Assembly (NCBI GenBank): GCA_036149055.1
Contig: JAYZQJ010000217.1
Coordinates: 1 to 53,054 of the forward strand
Direction: 5' to 3'
Origin: Myxococcota bacterium
GTDB lineage: Bacteria > Myxococcota_A > Polyangia > Polyangiales > Sandaracinaceae
DNA length: 53,054 nt
This document shows, piece after piece, positions 18,692-27,032 of the stretch. The first letter of the stretch is position 1. Every line of letters starts with the position of its first letter. The notes under the pieces are model-generated. The model saw only the letters and a list, made by a program, of their open reading frames with translations, ran no database searches and was not told the DNA's origin. Position numbers and translations under genes: made by a program.

Positions 18692-19318
18692 TCACTCCGT
18701 CCCCCCCTCCCGTCTCTCGAGGTGGGCGACGAGGAGCTTGGCGAGCCAGTCGCGGAAGTCGGCGCGGGCTCGGTCGTCGTCCTGGAGGCCGGCGGCGCGG
18801 AGCACGCCGGGCTCGAAGACGGCGGCGCCGAGGATGGCGAAGCAGGCGAGCAGGACGGTGAGCGTGGTGTCGCGGGGATCGGCGGGGCCGGCCTCGCGCT
18901 CGCGAGCGGCGTGGGTGAGCTGAGCGAGGATGGCGAGGGGGTGCTGGCCTTCGCCGAGCAGGAGCTTCGAGTGGTCGCCGTGCTCGAGCGCGAGCCAGCC
19001 GAGCAGGCGGCCGTAGCCGCCGTCGACCACGACGTCGAAGGCCCGGCCGATGACCCGGCCCGGGTCGTCCTCGAGGCTCACGTCGGCGAGCGCCGCGGCG
19101 AGCTCGCCCTGGAGGGCGTCGAGCGCCCGCTGCACCACCGCCGCGATCAGGCCGTCCCGGGTGCCGAAGTGGTGCAGGAGCGCCTGGCGCGAGACGCCGA
19201 GCTCCTCCGCGATCGGATCGAGGCGGAGCCCCGAGGGTCCGCTGATCCGGAGCTGCTCACCCGCCGCGTCGAGGATGCGCGCCCTCGCCTCCTCCCCGCT
19301 CAACCGCCGTCTCGACAT
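18692..19318 (-). CDS. TetR/AcrR-family transcriptional regulator
   Basis: RILDAA...IAEELGVSRQALLHHFGTRDGLI helix-turn-helix. Confidence 0.92.
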   Translation of the reverse strand: MSRRRLSGEEARARILDAAGEQLRISGPSGLRLDPIAEELGVSRQALLHHFGTRDGLIAAVVQRALDALQGELAAALADVSLEDDPGRVIGRAFDVVVDGGYGRLLGWLALEHGDHSKLLLGEGQHPLAILAQLTHAAREREAGPADPRDTTLTVLLACFAILGAAVFEPGVLRAAGLQDDDRARADFRDWLAKLLVAHLERREGGTE

Positions 19319-19388
19319 CGCCCGCATTGATTTCACGCCGGGACGCGCCGACGCAAACGATCCGCCCTTGACCGGAACCCAGCCCGCA

Positions 19389-19430
19389 CTTACTTACTGG
19401 TACGTAAGTACTTACTAGCGAGTAAGTAAG
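19389..19430. promoter_or_regulatory. Tandem palindromic operator (probable TetR binding sites)
   Basis: TACTTAC-N6-GTAAGTA at 19391-19410 and again at 19409-19428. AT-rich island in a GC-rich genome, between divergent tetR and coq4-like genes, abutting the AAGGAGG RBS. Confidence 0.8.
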
Positions 19431-19439
19431 GAGGTCCCG

Positions 19440-20147
19440 ATGACCGTACGTCAGCCCGTCCGCCCCCTCGACGCCCTCGTCGCGCTCCGGAAGCTGCTCG
19501 ACGACCCCGACGACACCGAGCAGGCGTTCCGCGTGGTGCGCGCGCTCGATGGGCACCAGGCGGGCCGCTTCCTCGAGCGCTTCCGCGCCTCGCCCGACGG
19601 CGCGCGGCTCCTCCGCGAGCGGCCTTCGCTGCTCGCCGCGCTCTCGGACCGCGACGCCCTGCGCCGCCTCCCCGAGGGCAGCCTCGGTCGCGCCTACCTC
19701 GCGTTCGTCGAGCGCGAGGGCATCACCGCCGACGGGCTGGTCGAGGTCAGCCAGACCGGCGACCGGATCCTGTCGGACCGGGACTTCGGCTTCCTCGCCG
19801 ACCGGATGCGCGACAGCCACGATCTCTTCCACGTCGTCACCGGTTACCGGACCGACCTGATCGGTGAGGCGAGCGTCCTGTCGTTCACCGCGGCCCAGAC
19901 CGAGAGCCCGGGCACGGCGCTGCTCGTCGCCGGCGGCTTCGTGCGCTCGTTCGGGTTCCGGCCCGAGGTCGGGAGGACGGCGCGGCGACAGATCCGGGCC
20001 GCCTGGCGCCGCGGGAAGCGCGCCGAGTGGCTGATCGCCGCGCCCTGGGAGCGCCTGCTCGAGCGCCCCCTCCAGGAGGTCCGGCTGCGCTACCGGCTCG
20101 GCCCGGCCCCGGTGTACGCGCCGCTCCGGGTCGCCGACGCGGCCTGA
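19440..20147 (+). CDS. Coq4-family protein
   Basis: LRRLPEGSLGRAY and the HDLFHVVTGY...GE (HDxxH-x11-E) metal motif, plus PWE.LL..PL..VR. Confidence 0.85.
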   Translation: MTVRQPVRPLDALVALRKLLDDPDDTEQAFRVVRALDGHQAGRFLERFRASPDGARLLRERPSLLAALSDRDALRRLPEGSLGRAYLAFVEREGITADGLVEVSQTGDRILSDRDFGFLADRMRDSHDLFHVVTGYRTDLIGEASVLSFTAAQTESPGTALLVAGGFVRSFGFRPEVGRTARRQIRAAWRRGKRAEWLIAAPWERLLERPLQEVRLRYRLGPAPVYAPLRVADAA

Positions 20148-20210
20148 CCCTGCCGCCGAACGGCGGTCCCTCCCCTTGCGCGGACCCCAGGGGACACAAT
20201 GCTTTCGTAG

Positions 20211-20702
20211 ATGGAGGCGCCCAGCGAGCCCACGAAGGCCATGCTCGTCGAGGCGCTGCGCTCGGCCTCGGGCAAGGCGCGGCGCATCGCCGAGCTCGCC
20301 GAGGGATCGGCGCAGGCGGTGGAGGCGGCCCCCCGGCGCGCCCGCAAGGCGCTCCGCCAGCGGCTGCACGAGCTGCACGTGGATCTGCGCGACGCCACCA
20401 ACCACGCCGCCCTGATGGTGGGCTACCGCCACGGGCTCGCGGCGCGCACCGAGGCCCGCGAGGCGCTGCGCGGTCGGGTGCCGGCGCTCGATCCGGAGGC
20501 GGCGCCGGCCGAGCAGCTGTCTCGGCTGGGACAGACCGCGCGCGTGGTCGCCGACGCGCTCGAGGACGTCAGCTACGATCTGCCGCCGATCGACGCGCCG
20601 ACCACCCTCCCCGGGCCCGGCCCGACCGCGGCCCGCGCGCGCGCCCACCTCGACGCCCTCGAGCTCCGGCTCCGGCTCGTGCTCGAGCGGCTGCTCAGCT
20701 GA
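20211..20702 (+). CDS. Hypothetical helical protein
   Basis: 163-aa ORF filling the gap between the coq4-like gene and the halogenase-like gene. Confidence 0.55.
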   Translation: MEAPSEPTKAMLVEALRSASGKARRIAELAEGSAQAVEAAPRRARKALRQRLHELHVDLRDATNHAALMVGYRHGLAARTEAREALRGRVPALDPEAAPAEQLSRLGQTARVVADALEDVSYDLPPIDAPTTLPGPGPTAARARAHLDALELRLRLVLERLLS

Positions 20703-22413
20703 GCGCGGCGACGAGCTCGGCGAGGCTCGGCCCGCTCTCGCGCGCGTTCTTGCCGATGCTCCGCTCCATGTCGCGCACCGGCTTGCTCAGGAGCTTGCGG
20801 CGCTGGCGCGGCTCGGCCTCGTCGGCCGCGAGGCGCTCGGCCGAGGGCGCCGGGCGCCAGCCGATCCGCTCCACCAGCGCCCCCGCGCGAGCCGGCCCGG
20901 CCCGACGCACCGCGCGGAGCCACAGCTCGTCGACCAGCTCGCGGCCCTGCGCGAGCGAGCGCTGCATCTCGGCGTGGGTCTCGTCGGCGTCGCGCGCCTC
21001 GAGCAGGGCGAGGTGCAGGTCGCTCAGCGTCGTCGCGATGGCCGGCAGGCCCACGAACGAGGTGTGCGGCTCGGCGGGCGCCACGTCGATCCACGCCTGG
21101 AAGACGCGCTGCGCCTGCTCGTTGAGCGCGGCGAAGGCCTTCAGGGCCTCGTGGAAGCGCGCGTGCGAGGCGAGCGGCTCCCGGAAGAGCCCCCGGAGGA
21201 AGTACGGGCACATGCAGGCCCAGTAGTAGAAGTAGTCCCAGTAGAGCTTGGCCCCGAGCACCTCGGGGCGGCCCATCGCGCGGGAGCCCTCGCAGAGGGT
21301 GCGGGCCAGGAGCGCCGCCCAGTCGCGGAAGAACGCGTCGTAGTGGGCGCGCCGCGCCTCGACGTCCTCGCCGTCGAGCTCGGCCGCGATCAGCTCGGTG
21401 GTGAGCGAGTTGCCGAGGGCGATCATGTCGCTCCCCGGCGAGTAGAGCGGGTCGACGAAGATGCCCGCCTCTCCGACCAGGGCCCAGCGGTCGCCGAACA
21501 CCTGGGTGGCCCCGTGGCGGTAGCCCTTCATCGCGATGAAGTCGGACAGCTCCAGGCCCTCCAGCCGCGCGGCCAGCGCCGGCTCGTGCGCCCGCAGCCA
21601 GTCGCGCGCCGCGGCCTCGGTCGAGAAGCCGCGGTAGGCGTGGCAACTCTCCTCGGCGACGATGCCGACGCTCGTGTAGCCGGAGCCGAGCGGGATGAGC
21701 CAGACCCAGTAGCCCTCGCCGCAGAGGTGGTTGGTGGAGAGCCAGCGGTTGCCGTCCACGTCGCGCTCGTGCCACGGGCCCTCGGCCTCCTTCGCGAGCT
21801 CGGCCACCTTCACCCGCTCGGCCACCCGGAACCACGCGCTGCTCGACTGGGCGGGGAGCGGCGCCTGGAGCCCGAGCTTCTTGGCGATCAGGCGGCGGCG
21901 CCCGGTCGCGTCGACCACCCACCGCGCCTCCACCTGCGTCGGCGCGCCCTCGAGCGGCACCGCCGTCACCCGGTGGGCGCCTTCGCCGAAGGTGACGTCG
22001 CGCACGCCCCAGCCCTCGCGGAGGTCGACGCCCTCCTCCAGGCACCAGGCGCGGAGATCGTTCTCGAAGCGGCCGCGGTCGATCTGGTAGGCGGGGACCC
22101 GGGGGGCCTCCCGCGGGCCCATCTCGGCCCGCGCCTCGATCGCCGCCCCCGGCACGCCGCTGAAGAAGCGCAGCCCGTTCTTCGGGAGGTGCCGCGCCAT
22201 CATGTAGTCGTGCAGGCCGAGGACCGCGCCGAAGTAGTGGGCCCCGACCTCCACGCTCGACTCGCCCACCTTGTGGCAGGCCTCGGGCAAGGGGCGCCGG
22301 GTCGGCTCGAAGACGGTGACGCGCCGCCCGGGGAGGCGCCGCTTCACCTGCAGGGCCAGCGTCAGTCCGGCGAGGCCACCGCCGCAGATCGCGATGTCGG
22401 TCACGTCGCTCAC
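20695..22413 (-). CDS. Flavin-dependent halogenase-like FAD oxidoreductase (paralog 1)
   Basis: GGGLAG, HKVGESSVE, LPKNGLRFF, QIDRGRFE, DATGR, STNH, YWVWLIP (WxWxIP) and FVDPLYSPGSD motifs. Confidence 0.85.
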   Translation of the reverse strand: MSDVTDIAICGGGLAGLTLALQVKRRLPGRRVTVFEPTRRPLPEACHKVGESSVEVGAHYFGAVLGLHDYMMARHLPKNGLRFFSGVPGAAIEARAEMGPREAPRVPAYQIDRGRFENDLRAWCLEEGVDLREGWGVRDVTFGEGAHRVTAVPLEGAPTQVEARWVVDATGRRRLIAKKLGLQAPLPAQSSSAWFRVAERVKVAELAKEAEGPWHERDVDGNRWLSTNHLCGEGYWVWLIPLGSGYTSVGIVAEESCHAYRGFSTEAAARDWLRAHEPALAARLEGLELSDFIAMKGYRHGATQVFGDRWALVGEAGIFVDPLYSPGSDMIALGNSLTTELIAAELDGEDVEARRAHYDAFFRDWAALLARTLCEGSRAMGRPEVLGAKLYWDYFYYWACMCPYFLRGLFREPLASHARFHEALKAFAALNEQAQRVFQAWIDVAPAEPHTSFVGLPAIATTLSDLHLALLEARDADETHAEMQRSLAQGRELVDELWLRAVRRAGPARAGALVERIGWRPAPSAERLAADEAEPRQRRKLLSKPVRDMERSIGKNARESGPSLAELVAALS

Positions 22414-22477
22414 GGCCGGGCAACATATCTCGGCCACGTGGCGTGCGCACCGTCCGGTTGATAGCTTTCAGCGCTTC

Positions 22478-24046
22478 ATGACCCGCAGCTACGACGTCGC
22501 GATCCTGGGCGGTGGACTGGCCGGTAACCTCCTCGCGCGGCAGCTCGCCCGCGAGGTCCCGGACGCCAGCGTGCTCCTCGTCGAGAAGACGGGGGAGCCG
22601 CGCTGGAAGGTCGGGGAGTCGACGGTGGAGATCGCCGCCCACTACCTGCTGCGCCGGCAGGGGCTCGGCACCTACCTCTACGACCGGCACCTGCCGAAGA
22701 ACGGGCTCCGCTTCTTCTTCGACACGCCCGAGAAGGACGCGCCGCTGACGGCGATGAGCGAGGTCGGCACCGACCGGCCCCCGCCGACCCCGAGCTTCCA
22801 GCTGGACCGCGCCCGCTTCGAGGCCGACCTGCGGGAGATGAACGCGGCCCTCGGCGTCGACGTCCGGGCGGGCTGGACGGCCCGGGATCTCGCGCTCGGC
22901 GAGGGCGGCGAGGCCCACCGCTTCACGATCCGCGGGCCGGGCGGCGAGGAGGCCATCGAGGCGCGCTGGGTGGTGGACTGCACCGGCCGCGCGTCGATGA
23001 TCGCGCGCCAGCGAGACCTGCGGGTCGAGACGCCCGAGCACCCGCTCGCCGCGGTGTGGGGGCGCTTCACCGGGGTGAAGGACATCGACCAGGCGGGCGA
23101 CGACGCCTTCCGCCGCCGGGTCCGCTACACGGTGCGCACCCTGAGCACCAACCACTTCTGCTACCGGGGCTACTGGATCTGGTTCATCCCCCTCGGCCGG
23201 GGCGTCACGAGCGTCGGCGTGGTCGGCGAGAAGGACGTCTTCCGCCGCGGCATGCGCACCGAGGAGGGCTTCCGGGCCTTCATCGGGGAGCACCGGGCGG
23301 CCCGCGAGCTGCTCGAGGGCTCGGAGCTGCTCGACCTCGAGGGCTACACCCAGCTCGCCTACGCGACGAAGCGCTTCTTCGAGGGCGAGAGCCGCTGGGC
23401 CCTGCTCGGCGACGCCGCCGCCTTCACCGATCCCTTCTACAGCCCGGGCTCGGACTTCATCGCGCTCGAGTGCGACTACGCCGCCGACCTCGTCCGCCGG
23501 GACCTGGCCGGGGAGAGCGCGGCCGAGGTGGCCGACGTGGCCCGCACCTGGGACGCCTTCATGCAGTACCGCTTCCAGGCGACGATGCTGCTCTACCGGG
23601 ACCTCTACCGCTGCTTCGGCAGCTACGACCTGATGCGCGTGAAGCTGAACTTCGACCTGGGCTGCTACTACAACGTGTGGCTCGACCCGGTCGCCAAGGA
23701 CCAGCACCTCGACCCCCGCGCGGTGATGAACGAGCTGCGCCGCGCCCCCGACAACCTCGCGGCGCTGAAGAACTTCTCGGCCCTCTTCCAGCGCGCCGCC
23801 GACGCCCTCGAGGGCCGGGGCGCCTACCACGAGAAGAACCTCGGGGAGTGGGACGACGGCGTCGCGTGCCTCCGGAGCTGGATCGCCGAGGTGGGGACCC
23901 AGCGGAAGAAGCGCGACATCAACCGCCGGACCGAGGAGGTCTTCAACTACGGGCGCACCGAGGCGTTGAAGCTCCTGCACGGCCCCGACGTCGGAGCGCC
24001 CGAGCCCTGGCGGCTCTACCAGTTCGCCGATCCGCTCATCGCGTGA
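22478..24046 (+). CDS. Flavin-dependent halogenase-like FAD oxidoreductase (paralog 2)
   Basis: GGGLAG, WKVGESTVE, LPKNGLRFF, QLDRARFE, DCTGR, STNH, YWIWFIP and FTDPFYSPGSD motifs. Confidence 0.85.
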   Translation: MTRSYDVAILGGGLAGNLLARQLAREVPDASVLLVEKTGEPRWKVGESTVEIAAHYLLRRQGLGTYLYDRHLPKNGLRFFFDTPEKDAPLTAMSEVGTDRPPPTPSFQLDRARFEADLREMNAALGVDVRAGWTARDLALGEGGEAHRFTIRGPGGEEAIEARWVVDCTGRASMIARQRDLRVETPEHPLAAVWGRFTGVKDIDQAGDDAFRRRVRYTVRTLSTNHFCYRGYWIWFIPLGRGVTSVGVVGEKDVFRRGMRTEEGFRAFIGEHRAARELLEGSELLDLEGYTQLAYATKRFFEGESRWALLGDAAAFTDPFYSPGSDFIALECDYAADLVRRDLAGESAAEVADVARTWDAFMQYRFQATMLLYRDLYRCFGSYDLMRVKLNFDLGCYYNVWLDPVAKDQHLDPRAVMNELRRAPDNLAALKNFSALFQRAADALEGRGAYHEKNLGEWDDGVACLRSWIAEVGTQRKKRDINRRTEEVFNYGRTEALKLLHGPDVGAPEPWRLYQFADPLIA

Positions 24047-24092
24047 CGCTGGACGAATTCCGGATTTCGTGACACCAAGCCCTGCTCATTCC

Positions 24093-24407
24093 ATGACCCG
24101 AGACGAGATACGCGCGCGCATCGTGGAGATCCTGGCCGAGTCGTTCGAGCTCGAGCCGGAGGAGATCCAGCCGGAGTCGACCCTGTACGAGGACCTGGAC
24201 CTCGACAGCATCGACGCGATCGACATCTTCGTGCAGCTGCGCGAGATCACGGGCCGTCGCCCCGATCCCCAGGAGGCGCGTCAGATCCGCACGGTCGACG
24301 AGCTGGTCGTCTTCGTCGAGGCCGAGATCGCCAAGGGCCCCGAGGAGGACGACGGCAGCCCGCCGCCGGATCCCCGCGAGCTCTTCGGGGGCGGCTCGAG
24401 CGACTGA
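24093..24407 (+). CDS. Acyl carrier protein (aryl-polyene ApeF-like)
   Basis: LYEDLDLDSIDAID phosphopantetheine motif and RTVDELV. Confidence 0.9.
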   Translation: MTRDEIRARIVEILAESFELEPEEIQPESTLYEDLDLDSIDAIDIFVQLREITGRRPDPQEARQIRTVDELVVFVEAEIAKGPEEDDGSPPPDPRELFGGGSSD

Positions 24408-24410
24408 GCC

Positions 24411-24848
24411 ATGGCCGCGCTGCCGCCGATCACCGCCCTCATCCCTCACCGCCCGCCGATGTTGCTCGTCGACGAGGTGGTCTCGCACGAGGGCCTCTCG
24501 GTGGTTTGCCGCACGACGATCCGCGAAGACATGCCGTTCGTGCAGGACGGCGAGGTCCCGATGCTGCTCGCGCTCGAGCTGTTCGCCCAGAGCGCCGCGT
24601 CCCTGGTCGCGCTGCTGGCCAGCCGGGGCGGCGCGCCGCTGACGAGCGGGGCCATCCTCGGGAGCCGCCACCTCTCCCTCTCCGCCGGCCCGCTCCGGGT
24701 GGGGGACACCCTCGAGATCCACTGCGAGGAGAAGATGGCCCTGGGCGTGACCGCTCAGATCGAGTGCGAGATGCGGCGGGACGGCGAGCGAGTGGCCGCC
24801 GGATCGATCAACGTCATGGCCGGCGCGCCCGGCGGGAGCGAGGCGTGA
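24411..24848 (+). CDS. Hotdog-fold 3-hydroxyacyl-ACP dehydratase-like protein (ApeP-like)
   Basis: LIPHRPPMLLVDEV, ELFAQ and G.ILGSR motifs. Confidence 0.82.
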   Translation: MAALPPITALIPHRPPMLLVDEVVSHEGLSVVCRTTIREDMPFVQDGEVPMLLALELFAQSAASLVALLASRGGAPLTSGAILGSRHLSLSAGPLRVGDTLEIHCEEKMALGVTAQIECEMRRDGERVAAGSINVMAGAPGGSEA

Positions 24849-26077
24849 AGCGCAAGGTCGTCGTCACCGGGATGGGCGCCGTCTGCCCCATCGGGCACTC
24901 CGTCGACGAGCTGATCGCCGGCCTGCGCGAGGGCCGGAGCGGCGTCCGCTACATGCCCGAGTGGGAGCAGATCGCCGAGCTCAAGGGTCGCCTCGGCGCC
25001 AACGTCGAGGGCCTCGACCTGAAGAAGCGCTACCCGCGCAAGAAGCGCCGGACGATGGGCCGGGTCGCGCTGCTGGCGACCTACGCCTCCGAGCAGGCGG
25101 TGGACCAGGCGGGGCTCTCCGAGGAGATCCTGCGGAGCGGCCGCGCCGGCGTCGCCTACGGCACCACCTCGCCGAGCAACCAGGCGATGGAGGACTTCTG
25201 CGGCCCGCTGTTCAACCACCGCACGATGCGGGGGCTCGACTCGACGGCCTACCTGAAGTTCATGACCCACACCGCGGCCGCGAACCTGACCCAGTTCTTC
25301 GGGCTCCGGGGCCGCGTGATCCCGACCAACAGCGCGTGCACCAGCGCAGCCCAGGCCCTCGGGTACGGCTACGAAGCCATCGCCAGCGGCAAGCAGGACG
25401 TCATGCTCTGCGGCGGCGCGGAGGAGCAGCACTACGCCACCGCGGTCACCTTCGACCTCTTGATGGCGACCAGCGTGCGCTTCAACGACCGCCCCGAGGA
25501 GAGCCCGCGCCCCTTCGACGCGCGGCGCGACGGCCTGGTCGTCGCCGAGGGCGCGGCCACCGTGGTGATCGAGGCCGAGGAGCACGCGCGGGCGCGCGGC
25601 GCGAACATCCTCGCGGAGCTCGTCGGCTTCGCCACCACCTGCGACGGCGCCCACATGACCGCCAACTCGCGGGCCGGCATGGCGAGCGCCATCCGGCTCG
25701 CGCTCGAGGACGCCGGGCTCACGCCGGGCGACATCGACTACGTCAACGCGCACGCGACCGCGACCGACGTCGGCGACATCGAGGAGAGCCACGCCACCTT
25801 CGACGTCTTCGAGCGGCCGATCCCGGTGTCCTCGCTCAAGGGCCACATGGGTCACACGCTCGGCGCCTGCGGCGCGATCGACGCGATCGCCTGCGTGCGA
25901 ATGATGCAAGACGGTTTCCTCGCGCCGACCCTCCACCTCGAGGAGGTCGACCCGCGCTGCGCCGCGCTCGGCTACGTGACCGAGGTGACCGAGGCGTCGC
26001 CCCGGACGGTGATGAGCAACAACTTCGCCTTCGGCGGGGTGAACACCTCGCTCATCTTCCGGAGACCCGAGGGGTGA
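24845..26077 (+). CDS. Beta-ketoacyl-ACP synthase (FabF-type, ApeR-like)
   Basis: VVVTGMG, SACTS (active-site Cys), NAHAT, KGHMGHTLGACG and NNFAFGGVN. GTGA overlap with the upstream gene. Confidence 0.93.
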   Translation: MKRKVVVTGMGAVCPIGHSVDELIAGLREGRSGVRYMPEWEQIAELKGRLGANVEGLDLKKRYPRKKRRTMGRVALLATYASEQAVDQAGLSEEILRSGRAGVAYGTTSPSNQAMEDFCGPLFNHRTMRGLDSTAYLKFMTHTAAANLTQFFGLRGRVIPTNSACTSAAQALGYGYEAIASGKQDVMLCGGAEEQHYATAVTFDLLMATSVRFNDRPEESPRPFDARRDGLVVAEGAATVVIEAEEHARARGANILAELVGFATTCDGAHMTANSRAGMASAIRLALEDAGLTPGDIDYVNAHATATDVGDIEESHATFDVFERPIPVSSLKGHMGHTLGACGAIDAIACVRMMQDGFLAPTLHLEEVDPRCAALGYVTEVTEASPRTVMSNNFAFGGVNTSLIFRRPEG

Positions 26078-26964
26078 GCGCGGCGGCGGAGCGCGAGGAC
26101 CGCGAGGGGTCCGGGGCGAGGCAGCGCGGCTTCGCGCTCATGAGCCCGCGACCCCGGCGCGCCTCCCGCCTCGCCCGCATGCCGCGCTGGGTCCGGATCC
26201 CGGTCACCGCCTGGGCGTTCGCGATGTTCTTCAGCGCCACGCTGGCGCTCGGGCTGCTCGCGGTGCCGCTCCTGCTCGTCACCCGGAACCGGGCCGAGCG
26301 CCGCGGCCTCTTCACGCGCCGCCTCAACGCCAGCCTCCGCATCTTCAGCGGCTTCATGCGGGACGCGGGGCTGATCGACTTCTGGCCGCCCGTCCTGCCG
26401 CCGGAGCTCGAGGGCAAGCCGTTCCTCCTGATCTCCAACCACCCGAGCCTGATCGACGTGGTGCTGACCCTGGCCAGCTTCCCGCAGCTCACCTGCGTGG
26501 CGAAGGCGGAGTGGTACCGCTCGTTCGTCATGGGCCCGATGCTGCGCCGCACCGAGCTCATCCCGGGGCCGGGCTACGAGGGCGACGAGGAGGCGGACGA
26601 CGACCTCCCGGTGGTGCGCCGCATCGAGGAGAAGCTGCGCGCCGGCGTACCGGTGCTGGTGTTCCCGGAGGGCTCGCGCTCGCTCGAGGACCGGCTGCGG
26701 CGCTTCCGGCGCGGCGCGATCGAGGCCGCGGTGCGGGCCGGCGTGCCGATCCTCCCGATGTTCATCGGGGTCAGTCACCCCTTCCTGATGAAGGGCGTGC
26801 CCTTCTGGCACGTGCCGGACACGACCCCGATCTACACCTTCGAGCAGCTCCCGGTGATCGACACCCGCGGGACCACCTCGCGCGACGTCTCCCGGGAGCT
26901 CATGGACCGCTACGAGGCGCGCTTCGCCGCCCTGCTCGCGGAGCGCGGGGCTGGCTCCGCCTGA
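26074..26964 (+). CDS. PlsC-family acyltransferase (ApeD-like)
   Basis: N-terminal TM, NHPSLID (HxxxxD), FPEGSRS and FRRGA. GTGA overlap with the KS gene. Alternative start at 26140. Confidence 0.87.
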   Translation: MSAAAEREDREGSGARQRGFALMSPRPRRASRLARMPRWVRIPVTAWAFAMFFSATLALGLLAVPLLLVTRNRAERRGLFTRRLNASLRIFSGFMRDAGLIDFWPPVLPPELEGKPFLLISNHPSLIDVVLTLASFPQLTCVAKAEWYRSFVMGPMLRRTELIPGPGYEGDEEADDDLPVVRRIEEKLRAGVPVLVFPEGSRSLEDRLRRFRRGAIEAAVRAGVPILPMFIGVSHPFLMKGVPFWHVPDTTPIYTFEQLPVIDTRGTTSRDVSRELMDRYEARFAALLAERGAGSA

Positions 26965-27032
26965 ATCGTGGCTATGATGCACCCTTGAATGGCGCTCCGG
27001 GGGCGGGCGTCGGTAACGCGGAGGGAGCGCGC

